Shown here in pieces: positions 1 through 10,879 of a stretch of DNA of 32,000 nt. Below the pieces are notes generated by a model. That model ran no database searches, was not told the origin of the DNA, and worked only from the letters and a program-made list of their open reading frames with translations. Each line of letters begins with the position of its first letter. Position 1 is the first letter of the stretch. This stretch comes from Vibrio vulnificus CMCP6 (GTDB taxonomy: Bacteria; Pseudomonadota; Gammaproteobacteria; Enterobacterales; Vibrionaceae), in contig NC_004459.3 in NCBI RefSeq assembly GCF_000039765.1, positions 600,001 through 632,000 of the forward strand, read 5' to 3'. Position numbers and translations under genes: made by a program.

Positions 1-1305
1 ATGAGCCAATTGAATCGGAGTGATAGACAGACCGTACCCAAACGACAGCGTCGCTCTCTCAATCGGAGACCAACGCGAACGAGTAGGGAAAATACCGGTC
101 ACTTCGCCAACAAGATTTAACCCAGAAGGCTCTCCAAGCCCAACCGAGTTATACATGCCGAGAATCGCTTCCACGGGCATTTCCATCGACAGTTTTGTCA
201 CGCCGATATTACTGGATTTTTTGAGGATTTCGGTCAGGTCCGCTTTACCGACCTTACTCGTATCTCGTACTCGACTGCCACCGACTTGGAGAATGCCGTT
301 GCCCGTGTCGATCACCGTGTCTTTGGTGGCAACGCCGTTTTCCAGCGCGGCAAGAATCACAAAAGGCTTCACCGTGGAGCCAGGCTCCAACGAATCGGTG
401 ATGATGCGGTTACGCATCTTGTAGCTTTGCCAATCACTGCGATTGTTTGGGTTGTAAGAAGGCGCGTTGACCATCGCCAACACGGCGCCGGTTTTTACAT
501 CCAACATCACTGCCGAACCAGAAGTCGCACGGTGATCGGCCACCGCCTGTTTGATGGCGCGATAAGCAATGGCTTGGAGACGCTGATCAATGGTGAGTTC
601 AAGTGACTTGCCTTCTTGCCTGTCTTCATAGGCAATGTTTTCCACCACTCGGCCATAACGGTCTTTACGAATCGTCTGTTTACCCGCTTCACCAGTCAAC
701 CAGTTATCGTAACTGCGTTCCACCCCTTCAAGGCCGTGACCATCGATACCCGTTACACCCACTAAATGAGCACTCACTTCACCAGCGGGATAATAGCGGC
801 GCGATTCTGATTTCAGCCCCACGCCTGGAATTTTAAGCTCGCGTATGTAGTTCGCCATCGCGGGGCTCACTTGGCGCTGCAAGTAGATGAAGCGGCGGCT
901 TTCATTGCGCTCGATACGTTCAATCAATTCTTCACGCTGCAGCCCCAACACATCGGCTAACGCATACCAACGCTGTTTGTTATCCAGCGCCTTTTCTTTG
1001 AAAATCGTCACCGGATCGGCCCAGACAGCTTCAACGGGAACACTGACCGCTAAAGGTTCACCATTGCGATCGGAGATGATACCTCGCGCGGACGGAAGGG
1101 CTTTCACACGGATAGAACGCAGATCCCCTTCACGAATAAGGTTGTCAGGCTCAATGACTTGAATAAATGCAAGACGAACAACAAGCGCAGCAAACGCGAG
1201 GAAAACAAATCCTAGGACTAAATGGAAACGCCAGCGGATAAGCAAAGATGTCCCTTGCTCACTCTCTTTGGGTTTGACGGTGGTTTTGCTCTTTTTACCC
1301 ATCAT
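1..1305 (-). CDS. ftsI: Peptidoglycan D,D-transpeptidase FtsI (PBP3), N-terminal part; C-terminus lies beyond the window
   Basis: Minus-strand frame open from ATG at 1305 to the window edge: MMGKKSKTTVKPKESEQGTSLLIRWRFHLVLGFVFLAF..., with the active-site STVK region (EPGSTVKPF) and SSN motif (KKSSNIGV). Start overlaps the ftsL stop as ATGA. Confidence 0.96.
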   Translation of the reverse strand, partial: MMGKKSKTTVKPKESEQGTSLLIRWRFHLVLGFVFLAFAALVVRLAFIQVIEPDNLIREGDLRSIRVKALPSARGIISDRNGEPLAVSVPVEAVWADPVTIFKEKALDNKQRWYALADVLGLQREELIERIERNESRRFIYLQRQVSPAMANYIRELKIPGVGLKSESRRYYPAGEVSAHLVGVTGIDGHGLEGVERSYDNWLTGEAGKQTIRKDRYGRVVENIAYEDRQEGKSLELTIDQRLQAIAYRAIKQAVADHRATSGSAVMLDVKTGAVLAMVNAPSYNPNNRSDWQSYKMRNRIITDSLEPGSTVKPFVILAALENGVATKDTVIDTGNGILQVGGSRVRDTSKVGKADLTEILKKSSNIGVTKLSMEMPVEAILGMYNSVGLGEPSGLNLVGEVTGIFPTRSRWSPIERATLSFGYGLSITPIQLAH

Positions 1306-1619
1306 TTCAGATTAATCACCACTTCTTTGTCGCCATCTGGCCGTTTCATTTCGAGCTCTTTTTTCGCCATCTCTTGCACGCGACTGTGCTCAGCCAGTGC
1401 GGTCTCTTCCAACATCAGATTGCGCCACTCGTTATCCAAATGCTCACGCTCTTGCAGTGCTTCATCTTTTTGGGTGATCGCTTGACGGGTATGGTGGGTG
1501 GCAAAAACCACCGCCATCGCTGAGGCAAAGATCAGGACAAGCAAGATCAAAGGCGTTCGACCTACCGTCAGTAGGTCGAAGAAAATTTCTTTGGCGAGAT
1601 TTGGCTTGGCTTGACGCAT
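1302..1619 (-). CDS. ftsL: Cell division protein FtsL
   Basis: 105-aa ORF, single N-terminal TM segment plus coiled-coil/heptad region, between rsmH and ftsI as in the dcw cluster. Confidence 0.93.
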   Translation of the reverse strand: MRQAKPNLAKEIFFDLLTVGRTPLILLVLIFASAMAVVFATHHTRQAITQKDEALQEREHLDNEWRNLMLEETALAEHSRVQEMAKKELEMKRPDGDKEVVINLK

Positions 1620-1628
1620 AGGTTTAAA

Positions 1629-2579
1629 TTAAAGCTTTTCAGCAATTCTCAACACAGAGCTGCGTGAACGAGGATTCAGTTCAATTTCTTGCGCTGTTGG
1701 CATGATCGCTTTACCCACTGTTTTCATATTGGCACTGCCTAACGCTTTGATTTGCGCCTCGGTCAGAGGGATACCGTGAGGCACTTCAGGCCCTTTACTT
1801 TCTTTGCGCATAAAGCGTTTCACCATGCGGTCTTCCAAAGAGTGGAAGCTGATCACCGATAAGCGCCCTTCTGGTGCCAGAATACTCGCCGCTCCTTTCA
1901 GTGCGGTATCGATCTCTTCAAGCTCACTGTTGATGTAGATACGAAATGCTTGAAACGCACGAGTCGCTGGGTGTTTTTTCTCTTTAAAGCTTTTTGGCGC
2001 CGCTTCCGAAATCAGTTTTGCCAGTTGACTCGTGCGAGTCAGTGGCTCTTTGGTTTCATCTTCGCGATGCGCAACAATCGCTTTGGCAATGCGGCGGGCA
2101 TGTTTGTCTTCACCGAACTCACGAATCACCCACGTAATGTCGTCTAAATCCGCTTCCATCAGCCACTGAGAAACTGGAATACCCGAGGTTGGGTCCATAC
2201 GCATGTCCAACGGGCCGTCTTTCATAAAGCTAAAGCCACGCTCAGCGTCATCGAGTTGTGGCGAGGAGACGCCGAGATCCAACAACACACCATCCACTTT
2301 ACCGACTAAATCATATTGCTCGGCATAATTCGCCATTCCTGAAAAAGGACCATGAATGATAGTAAAACGTGGATCATCAATTTTACCCGCTTCCGCGATA
2401 GCTTGCGGATCTCGGTCAATACTGTACAGACGACCGTGTTCGCCAAGTTTAGAAAGAATCGTACGGCTGTGACCACCACGACCAAATGTTCCATCAATGT
2501 AAATACCATCCGGCTTGATGGCGAGACCATCAATAGATTCATGAAGTAGTACGGAAATGTGCTGGAATGTGTCGGTCAT
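1629..2579 (-). CDS. rsmH: 16S rRNA (cytosine(1402)-N(4))-methyltransferase RsmH (MraW)
   Basis: 316-aa ORF with [52 protein letters not shown] motifs. Confidence 0.98.
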   Translation of the reverse strand: MTDTFQHISVLLHESIDGLAIKPDGIYIDGTFGRGGHSRTILSKLGEHGRLYSIDRDPQAIAEAGKIDDPRFTIIHGPFSGMANYAEQYDLVGKVDGVLLDLGVSSPQLDDAERGFSFMKDGPLDMRMDPTSGIPVSQWLMEADLDDITWVIREFGEDKHARRIAKAIVAHREDETKEPLTRTSQLAKLISEAAPKSFKEKKHPATRAFQAFRIYINSELEEIDTALKGAASILAPEGRLSVISFHSLEDRMVKRFMRKESKGPEVPHGIPLTEAQIKALGSANMKTVGKAIMPTAQEIELNPRSRSSVLRIAEKL

Positions 2580-2721
2580 GGTTTTCTCGTTGAATATTCA
2601 AAGCCTGTGCGGCGAATCATTAGTGTACTGATTTCCTTGTTCAGTGCCACTATTTGACAAAGTTCAGGCGTGATATAGCGCCAAGTTTATTGGTTCACAT
2701 AATCATTGCGTCAGTAAAATG

Positions 2722-2753
2722 CAAAAAACCCATCATTACTAGGTAATGATGGG
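2722..2753 (-). terminator. Rho-independent terminator downstream of rnpB
   Basis: Inverted repeat CCCATCATTAC (2729-2739) / GTAATGATGGG (2743-2753), followed on the minus strand by TTTTTT (2728-2723). Confidence 0.9.
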
Positions 2754-2760
2754 CTTAAAA

Positions 2761-3203
<443 letters not shown>

Positions 3204-3210
3204 AGGGCGG

Positions 3211-3239
3211 ATTGTATAGACTTCTCCACTGAGTGTCTA
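3211..3239 (-). promoter_or_regulatory. Candidate sigma70 promoter of rnpB
   Basis: Minus strand TAGACA (3239-3234), 17-nt spacer, TACAAT (3216-3211), placed about 8 nt upstream of the inferred RNA 5' end. Confidence 0.8.
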
Positions 3240-3301
3240 GTGAGATCACATTATTGGCGCAAATAGGGACGATTTTGCAAACCAACCAAACCAGAGAACC
3301 G

Positions 3302-4165
3302 TTATTCGAGGTTCTCAAGGCCCCACTTGTAGAGCGCATTTTTCTTCAAGTTGTAGATTTCCGCAGCTAACGCAGCGGCTTTTTTCAATGGTAATTCTTT
3401 GGTCAGAATGGCCAAACTCCGTAATGCCTCTTCCGGTAGCGACTCCTCCGCAGAATCACGGTAACCGTGGATCAACAGCACCATCTCACCTTTTTGCTGA
3501 TTGTCGTCCGACTGAACCCACTCAACCAACTCAGACAAACGCATGCCCTGAATCGTTTCAAAGGTCTTGGTGAGTTCACGCGCCAACACGACTTCGCGAT
3601 CTGGACCGAGGATTTCAAGCATATCGTGCAAAGAATCAACAATTCGATGTGGTGACTCATAAAAAATACAGGTACGCTCTACCTTTGCGATTTCGAGGAA
3701 CTTATCCTTACGACCTTTGCTTTTTGGCGGCAAGAAACCTTCGAAACTAAAGCGATCAGAGGGCAAACCTGACGCACTTAATGCAGTGATCACCGCACAA
3801 GCACCAGGAAGTGGCACAACTTTAACGCCCGCCTGACGACACTGTGTAACCAAGTGATACCCTGGATCACTGATAAGTGGCGTTCCCGCATCAGACACTA
3901 AAGCGATGTTCTGCCCGGAAAGCAATTTATCCACTAAAACTTGCGCTTTTTGCTGCTCATTGTGGTCATGCAAAGCAAAAGTTTTAGTTTGAATGTTGAA
4001 GTGAGACAATAACTTACCTGTATGTCGGGTATCTTCTGCAGCGATCATATCCACGCTGGATAGCACCTCAATGGCACGCTGGGTAATATCCCCTAAATTG
4101 CCAATCGGTGTCGGCACGATATAGAGGGTTGCGCCTTCTGTTGGGAAGTTATTTTTATCTGTCAT
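3302..4165 (-). CDS. rsmI: 16S rRNA (cytidine(1402)-2'-O)-methyltransferase RsmI
   Basis: 287-aa ORF with [44 protein letters not shown] motifs. Confidence 0.98.
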   Translation of the reverse strand: MTDKNNFPTEGATLYIVPTPIGNLGDITQRAIEVLSSVDMIAAEDTRHTGKLLSHFNIQTKTFALHDHNEQQKAQVLVDKLLSGQNIALVSDAGTPLISDPGYHLVTQCRQAGVKVVPLPGACAVITALSASGLPSDRFSFEGFLPPKSKGRKDKFLEIAKVERTCIFYESPHRIVDSLHDMLEILGPDREVVLARELTKTFETIQGMRLSELVEWVQSDDNQQKGEMVLLIHGYRDSAEESLPEEALRSLAILTKELPLKKAAALAAEIYNLKKNALYKWGLENLE

Positions 4166-4233
4166 TTGTTTAGCATCACTTCAACGATTAATATAGAGAC
4201 AATTTTGTACGGACTTTAAGAGAACTCACGGCA

Positions 4234-6045
4234 ATGATGAACCCTAAGAGACTCAGTGTACCACGCTTACTCACTCCAGTTGCACTGGCAATTACGCTAG
4301 CGGCTTGTTCTTCAGGCCCTAAAACGCCAACCAGTGTTGATATTACACTTGAGCCCACCCTGTCAGTTCAAAACTACATGATAAATGCAGACAGCAGTGA
4401 GGGTAGCCTACAAGCAGATTGGCTGATTATGGCAGCCAAAGCAGCGCTGCAAAATGGCGATCTTGCTCAAGCTGACTTACTGATCAAACGCTTAGCAAGA
4501 ATGCCGCTCTCCGAAGTGCAGCAGGCGGAATGGCAGTTAACACGTGCCGCTTACCATCTCAAACTCAACCAAGCTGACAACGTGATCGAGCTATTGAATT
4601 TCAAAGCTTGGTGGAAACTACCAAACGAACAGTGGAAAGATTATTACACGTTGCGTGCCGAAGCTTACACCGCGTTACAGCAGCCGTTTGAAGCCAACCG
4701 ACAACTGGTCACTCTAAGCCAATACGTGGACGAATCTCAGCAAGCTGAAATCGCGCAGCAAATTTGGGCGAACTTTACCGGTTACTCTCAGTATGAGATC
4801 ACGCAACTTCATCCCGATGCCAGCGAAGAAGTGCTCGATGGCTGGTTACAATTGGCGATATACATGAAAACCATGTCGGCCAATGTGCCACAGCTAAAAA
4901 ACACGCTTGAACATTGGTTTACAGAAAATACCGCGCACCCTGCTGCTTTGTATACACCGGCTGAAATTCAAAGCATTCTCGACTTAGAGATTGTTCAACC
5001 GGTGCACACTGCGTTATTGCTCCCTCTCAGTGGCAAATATGCTAAGCAAGCACAATTGATTCGTGATGGTTTCATCTTTGCCATGATGAACGACAAAGAT
5101 CGCGATCCTGAAGCGACCCTCAAGGTCATTGATACCAATCTCTATCAACCACATCAGTTGAAACAGCAACTGACCGATGAGCAAATTGATTTCATTGTCG
5201 GACCGCTACGTAAAGATGTCATCGAAGTGCTACAAGGCGAGTTAAGTGACGACAGCGGCCAAGTGTCCATCCCGTCACTGGCACTCAACATTCCCGATGA
5301 GCTACAAACAGGGACGGGGATCTGCTACCTGACCCTTTCTCCCGAACAAGAAGTCGCCCAAGCGGCGAAGCACTTGTTTGCTAATGGCTACAAGTATCCA
5401 CTCATCTTCGCCCCTCAAGGTAACTTAGGGCAACGAGTGGTCAGCGCCTTTGAAGCCGAATGGAAGAAATACAGCACCAATAAAGTGGCCGTAAGCTACT
5501 TTGGTGATAAGCGTCAGCTACAACGTGATGTAAACTCGGTATTTGGCTTACAAGAAAGTCAGCAACGAATCGCGCAAATGGAAGGGCTAATGAAGTTGCC
5601 AATGGAAACGCAGCCTCGCAGTCGTCGTGACATTGACTCCGTCTACATTGCTGCTCGCAGCTCAGAGCTCACTCTCATCAAGCCATTTATTGAAGTGGCG
5701 GTAAACCCAGATGCAAAACCACCGAAGCTCTTCTCCAATTCCATGAGCAACAGTGGTGAGAAGCAATACGAAGACCTCACAGGCATTGTTTACAGCGACA
5801 TTCCAATGTTGCTTGAAGTGAACCCTGCACTGGATAGCCAAATGGAACAACTTTGGCCAGATCAGTCAAACTTCCAAAAGCGCTTACAAGCGTTGGGGAT
5901 GGATGCCTACAAACTGATGGCGGAACTACCACAAATGAAAGTGGTCCCAAATCATGCCGTCAACGGTCAAACGGGCGTGCTGACGATTGATGATCAATGC
6001 GTCGTTCATCGCGAAATCAGCTGGAAAGAGCATGGGGCTCTTTAG
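4234..6045 (+). CDS. lpoA: Penicillin-binding protein activator LpoA (lipoprotein)
   Basis: 603-aa ORF with lipobox (LAAC), LpoA-type N-terminal TPR-like region and periplasmic-binding-like C-terminal domain; divergent from rsmI and followed by yraN/diaA/BON genes. Confidence 0.95.
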   Translation: MMNPKRLSVPRLLTPVALAITLAACSSGPKTPTSVDITLEPTLSVQNYMINADSSEGSLQADWLIMAAKAALQNGDLAQADLLIKRLARMPLSEVQQAEWQLTRAAYHLKLNQADNVIELLNFKAWWKLPNEQWKDYYTLRAEAYTALQQPFEANRQLVTLSQYVDESQQAEIAQQIWANFTGYSQYEITQLHPDASEEVLDGWLQLAIYMKTMSANVPQLKNTLEHWFTENTAHPAALYTPAEIQSILDLEIVQPVHTALLLPLSGKYAKQAQLIRDGFIFAMMNDKDRDPEATLKVIDTNLYQPHQLKQQLTDEQIDFIVGPLRKDVIEVLQGELSDDSGQVSIPSLALNIPDELQTGTGICYLTLSPEQEVAQAAKHLFANGYKYPLIFAPQGNLGQRVVSAFEAEWKKYSTNKVAVSYFGDKRQLQRDVNSVFGLQESQQRIAQMEGLMKLPMETQPRSRRDIDSVYIAARSSELTLIKPFIEVAVNPDAKPPKLFSNSMSNSGEKQYEDLTGIVYSDIPMLLEVNPALDSQMEQLWPDQSNFQKRLQALGMDAYKLMAELPQMKVVPNHAVNGQTGVLTIDDQCVVHREISWKEHGAL

Positions 6046-6400
6046 CCGACGCGCCATTGGTAACCAATATGAGTCCTTGGCGAAGGAATACTTACAACGC
6101 CAAGGACTGAGGTTTATTGAAGCCAACTTTACGACCAAGGTTGGCGAAATCGACCTGATTTTCAAAGAAGCACAAACCATTGTGTTTGTTGAAGTTAAGT
6201 ATCGAAAAAATAGCTGTTATGGTGACGCCGCAGAGATGGTGAATCCTGCCAAAGCCAACAAGCTTATTAAAACCGCTTATTTATGGTTAAACAAACACGG
6301 ATATAATGCTTGTAACACTGCGATGCGGTTTGATGTTGTGGCCATTCACTCCAATGGCCATGATATTAACTGGATCGCCAATGCAATTACTCAAGGATAA
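6032..6400 (+). CDS. YraN family (UPF0102) putative endonuclease-like protein
   Basis: MGLFSRRAIGNQYESLAKEYLQRQGLRFIEANFTTKVGEIDLIFKE...FVEVKYRK. The ORF track starts at 5987, but ATG 6032 gives the family-typical N-terminus and overlaps lpoA by only 14 nt. Confidence 0.92.
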   Translation: MGLFSRRAIGNQYESLAKEYLQRQGLRFIEANFTTKVGEIDLIFKEAQTIVFVEVKYRKNSCYGDAAEMVNPAKANKLIKTAYLWLNKHGYNACNTAMRFDVVAIHSNGHDINWIANAITQG

Positions 6401-6994
<594 letters not shown>

Positions 6995-6996
6995 AG

Positions 6997-7590
6997 ATGC
7001 TACGTTACGTTTTGCTTTTCATCACAACTTGGGCCTTATCAGGTTGTGCCGGGCTTTTCATCGCTGGAGCAGCAACCACCGCAAATCTTGTGACGGATAC
7101 ACGAACAACCAAAGAGATCTGGCAAGATAACAACATCGAGTTTGAAATTGCGGCTATTGGCAATAAAGCACCTTATCGTGGCAAAGTGCGAATCGTCGCG
7201 AGCTCTTACAATGGCACGGTGGTGTTGATGGGACAAGCCTCCACTTCTGAGGAAAGGTCGGGATTTGAACAGCAAGCTCGTAGCATTAAAGGTGTTCAAG
7301 TGCTTCACAATCAAGTTAAAGTGAAAGCACCACTCAGCGTGTCACAAATCAGTAATGACAGTTGGATCACAACTAAGGTGAAATCTGCCTTGCTTACCGA
7401 TGAATCCTTAAACAGCGTAAAAATCAAAGTCATCACCGAAGATGGTGATGTGTTTCTGTTTGGCTATGTAAACAGCGAACAAGCGGAGAAAGCGACTGAG
7501 ATTGCACGCAATATATCTGGAGTTAAGCAGGTTGTTCGCGCATTCCAGTATGGCGAGAACGCAACACAAGTGAATAATGCCAGCCAATGA
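6997..7590 (+). CDS. dolP: Outer-membrane BON-domain lipoprotein (DolP/YraP family)
   Basis: 197-aa ORF with signal peptide and lipobox LSGC, two BON domains, conserved downstream of diaA. Confidence 0.9.
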   Translation: MLRYVLLFITTWALSGCAGLFIAGAATTANLVTDTRTTKEIWQDNNIEFEIAAIGNKAPYRGKVRIVASSYNGTVVLMGQASTSEERSGFEQQARSIKGVQVLHNQVKVKAPLSVSQISNDSWITTKVKSALLTDESLNSVKIKVITEDGDVFLFGYVNSEQAEKATEIARNISGVKQVVRAFQYGENATQVNNASQ

Positions 7591-7621
7591 TCAATATCGG
7601 CATGGCTCAACTCTCAGGCAC

Positions 7622-7647
7622 AAAAAAAGCAGCTTTCGCTGCTTTTT
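7622..7647. terminator. Bidirectional rho-independent terminator between convergent dolP and sspB
   Basis: AAAAAAGCAGC (7622-7632) TTTC GCTGCTTTTTT (7637-7647). Confidence 0.95.
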
Positions 7648-7666
7648 TATTATTTGACGTTCATCG

Positions 7667-8143
7667 TTATTTAACGACTCTCAAGCTAGGTCGACCTTTG
7701 GGTCTCGGTGGCTCTGGTTCATCATCAAAATCGATGCTAGGTTGAGGCGCTGAATGCTCCTCTTCCAACCAAATACCATCGTCCTCTTCCTGCTCAGCCC
7801 CAGGGATACTGGTATACGCTTCTTCAGGTTCGAACATGGTGCCAGCACCATTTTCGCGAGCATAAATCGCCAGCACCGCGTACAACGGAACAATCACAGA
7901 ATGTGGACGACCACCAAAACGAGCATTAAAGCTGATGGTGTCGTTACCTAATTCAAGATTACCAACCGCACGCGGGGCAATGTTCAGAATAATCTGACCA
8001 TCTTGAATAAACTCTTGAGGTACGCGTACTCCAGCCAATGTTGCTTGCACAACGAGGTGAGGAGTTAAATCATTATCCACTAGCCAATCGTAAAATGCTC
8101 TTAGCATGTACGGTCGGCGAGCGGTCATTTGAGCAATTTCCAT
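7667..8143 (-). CDS. sspB: ClpXP protease specificity-enhancing factor SspB
   Basis: 158-aa ORF: MTARRPYMLRAFYDWLVDNDLTPHLVV... with acidic tail ending GRPSLRVVK (ClpX-binding tail); immediately downstream of sspA. Confidence 0.97.
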   Translation of the reverse strand: MEIAQMTARRPYMLRAFYDWLVDNDLTPHLVVQATLAGVRVPQEFIQDGQIILNIAPRAVGNLELGNDTISFNARFGGRPHSVIVPLYAVLAIYARENGAGTMFEPEEAYTSIPGAEQEEDDGIWLEEEHSAPQPSIDFDDEPEPPRPKGRPSLRVVK

Positions 8144-8146
8144 ATC

Positions 8147-8782
8147 TTAACGAACCAAACGCATCTCGCGTTCTGCTTCAGTTAAAGAAGCTAGGAATGA
8201 ATCACGCTCAAACACTTTGTTCATGTAAGCTTTGATCTCTTTTGAACCAGGACCAATCAGATCGATACCCAGTAGAGGCAAACGCCACAATAAAGGCGCT
8301 AAGTAGCAGTCAATTAGGCTAAATTCTTCACTCATGAAGTATTCAAATTCAGCGAAGATTGGCGATAGAGTCAGCAAATCATTGCGCAGTTTGTTACGCG
8401 CTTTTTCTGATTCTTCTGCATTGCCTTTAACAATTTTCTCAGCCAATGAGTACCAGTTACGTTCGATACGGTACATCATTAGACGGCTATTACCACGGGC
8501 TACCGGATAAACAGGCATCAACGGCGGATGAGGAAAACGCTCATCTAGGTACTCCATGATGATCTTCGAGTCATAGAGTGCTAGCTCACGATCCACCAGT
8601 GTTGGTACTGATTTATAAGGATTTAGCTCGATCAGCTCTGCTGGTAGGTTAGTTTCATCAACCAACTCAACCTCAACACTTACACCCTTCTCTGCGAGAA
8701 CGATACGCACTTGATGGCTGTACAAGTCTGATGCACTTGAGAATAGAGTCATTACAGAACGTTTATTGGCAGCTAAAGCCAT
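8147..8782 (-). CDS. sspA: Stringent starvation protein A
   Basis: MALAANKRSVMTLFSSASDLYSHQVRIVLAEKGV... GST-like fold. Start assigned at 8782 (track ORF extends to 8845) from the conserved N-terminus and the GGAGG upstream. Confidence 0.96.
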   Translation of the reverse strand: MALAANKRSVMTLFSSASDLYSHQVRIVLAEKGVSVEVELVDETNLPAELIELNPYKSVPTLVDRELALYDSKIIMEYLDERFPHPPLMPVYPVARGNSRLMMYRIERNWYSLAEKIVKGNAEESEKARNKLRNDLLTLSPIFAEFEYFMSEEFSLIDCYLAPLLWRLPLLGIDLIGPGSKEIKAYMNKVFERDSFLASLTEAEREMRLVR

Positions 8783-8803
8783 GGGCCCTCCAGTACACTT
8801 ACA

Positions 8804-8839
8804 ATAATAAAAACAATGGAGGCTAAGCCTCCATTGTTT
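8804..8839 (-). terminator. Rho-independent terminator after petC, immediately upstream of sspA
   Basis: Perfect 13-bp inverted repeat AAACAATGGAGGC (8811-8823) / GCCTCCATTGTTT (8827-8839), followed on the minus strand by TTATTATT. Confidence 0.88.
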
Positions 8840-8879
8840 ATTCAATAAAATTGGGAATTAGCGCGGTATGATAGCACAA

Positions 8880-9617
8880 TTAATGCACATCACGCCAATA
8901 CTCTTTCTTCAGCAGCACAACCACGATAGTGAATAGTACTAAGAAAGCCATGACCCACCAACCTAGGGCGTGACGCTCAGCCTTGACTGGATCACCGGAG
9001 TAAACCAAGAAGCTGACTAAGTCGAGCACGGCTTTGTCGTACTCACCCTTGCTTAGTTCACCAGTGCCGTCGCTTTCAACACCAACCACAACTTGGACTT
9101 CCTTACCATCAACCACTTTCGTGCCGTAAACAGGGTTAGGAATACCTTGCAGCTCTTCCAATACATGTGGCATACCAACGCTTGGGAAAACTAAGTTGTT
9201 CACACCAAATGGACGTGATGGATCAACATAGAAAGTACGCAAGTAAGTGTACAACCAATCAGCACCACGAACACGAGCAACAAGCGTCAAATCTGGTGGC
9301 GGTGCACCAAACCAAGCCGCAGCTTGTTTTGCTGGCATAGCGTTTACCATCAGATCGCCAATTTTGCTCTCTGGGTTAAACATCAGATTTTCTTTCATGA
9401 GATCGGCAGGGATACCAAGATCATCCGCCACACGCTCGTAACGTTGATACTGCGTCGAGTGACAAGCAAAACAATAGTTCATGAACAACTTGGCACCATT
9501 TTGTAGTGATGCTTTGTCTGACAAATCAACATTTGCTTTGTCCAACGGAACACCCGCTCCCGCCGCCATCGCCAGTGATGGCAACATAGCAAATAGAATT
9601 ACAATCCATTTCTTCAT
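8880..9617 (-). CDS. petC: Ubiquinol-cytochrome c reductase cytochrome c1 subunit
   Basis: 245-aa ORF with signal peptide, haem-binding CFACH, C-terminal TM anchor. Confidence 0.97.
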   Translation of the reverse strand: MKKWIVILFAMLPSLAMAAGAGVPLDKANVDLSDKASLQNGAKLFMNYCFACHSTQYQRYERVADDLGIPADLMKENLMFNPESKIGDLMVNAMPAKQAAAWFGAPPPDLTLVARVRGADWLYTYLRTFYVDPSRPFGVNNLVFPSVGMPHVLEELQGIPNPVYGTKVVDGKEVQVVVGVESDGTGELSKGEYDKAVLDLVSFLVYSGDPVKAERHALGWWVMAFLVLFTIVVVLLKKEYWRDVH

Positions 9618-10879
9618 TTGAATGTCACCCTCTCTGGTAGTGGCTTCGTTGCTTCATTCTTGCTGTATACGTACAGAAGAATAAAGAACATGAAATAACC
9701 CAAGCTAAAGATCTGAGCTAGTAGCGTGTAAGTTGGTGTTGCTGGAAGCGCACCAAGAATACCCAATGCAATAAAGCTGATCGTAAACTGGATAATGTTA
9801 ATCAAATGAATTTTGCTACGGTAACGGTAAGAGCGAACTTTACAGCGGTCAAACCATGGCAGTAGGAATAGGAACACAATCGATAGTCCCATCGCTACAA
9901 CACCCAACAGCTTATCTGGAACAGCACGCAAAATGGCATAGAAAGGCGTAAAGTACCAAACTGGTGCAATGTGCTCAGGCGTTTTCAGCGGGTTTGCAGC
10001 TTCAAAGTTAGGCGGCTCTAGGAAATACCCACCCATCTCTGGGTTAAAGAACAAGACATAGCAGAACAAGAACAGGAAGCCCGCTACACCCACCATATCT
10101 TTTACCGTTCCATAAGGGTGGAAAGGAATCGAATCAATGATGTCGTATTTGTTTGAGTAGTACTCGTGGAACTTAAATTGTGTCTTGTAATCTGGTCCCA
10201 TTGAACCTTTCGGCAGCTTCGTTTCAATGCCGTCTGGGTTGTTAGAACCCACTTCATGCAACGCCAGAATGTGCAACACGATCAACAGTAGCAGCACGAT
10301 AGGTAAGGCAATGACGTGCAGAGCAAAGAAACGGTTCAGCGTTGCACCCGAGATGATGTAGTCACCACGGATCCACAAGGTTAAATCATCACCGATGACC
10401 GGAATCGCACCAAACAAGGAAATGATTACCTGTGCACCCCAGTAAGACATCTGACCCCATGGAAGTAGATATCCCATGAACGCTTCTGCCATCAGTACTA
10501 GGAAGATCAACATACCGAAGATCCACAGTAGCTCACGAGGCTTTTGGTAAGAACCGTAGATCAAACCACGGAACATATGCAAATAAACCACCACGAAGAA
10601 TGCAGAAGCGCCTGTAGAGTGCATGTAACGCAACAACCAGCCATATTCCACATCACGCATGATGTATTCGATAGAAGCAAATGCACCTTCACCAGAAGGA
10701 ACATAGTTCATGGTTAACCAAATACCCGTTAGGATCTGGTTTACCAGTACGAGCATTGCTAAAGAACCAAAAAGGTACCAAAAGTTGAAGTTCTTTGGCA
10801 TTGGGTATTCGGACAAATGCTTTTTGTAAGCATTCATCGCAGGGATACGTTTTTCAACCCAGTCTAATAGTGCTTGCAT
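9614..10879 (-). CDS. petB: Ubiquinol-cytochrome c reductase cytochrome b subunit
   Basis: 421-aa multi-TM ORF with FWYLFGSLAMLVL, GYLLPWGQMSYWGAQVI, TPEHIAPVWYFTPFYAILR. Confidence 0.98.
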   Translation of the reverse strand: MQALLDWVEKRIPAMNAYKKHLSEYPMPKNFNFWYLFGSLAMLVLVNQILTGIWLTMNYVPSGEGAFASIEYIMRDVEYGWLLRYMHSTGASAFFVVVYLHMFRGLIYGSYQKPRELLWIFGMLIFLVLMAEAFMGYLLPWGQMSYWGAQVIISLFGAIPVIGDDLTLWIRGDYIISGATLNRFFALHVIALPIVLLLLIVLHILALHEVGSNNPDGIETKLPKGSMGPDYKTQFKFHEYYSNKYDIIDSIPFHPYGTVKDMVGVAGFLFLFCYVLFFNPEMGGYFLEPPNFEAANPLKTPEHIAPVWYFTPFYAILRAVPDKLLGVVAMGLSIVFLFLLPWFDRCKVRSYRYRSKIHLINIIQFTISFIALGILGALPATPTYTLLAQIFSLGYFMFFILLYVYSKNEATKPLPERVTFK

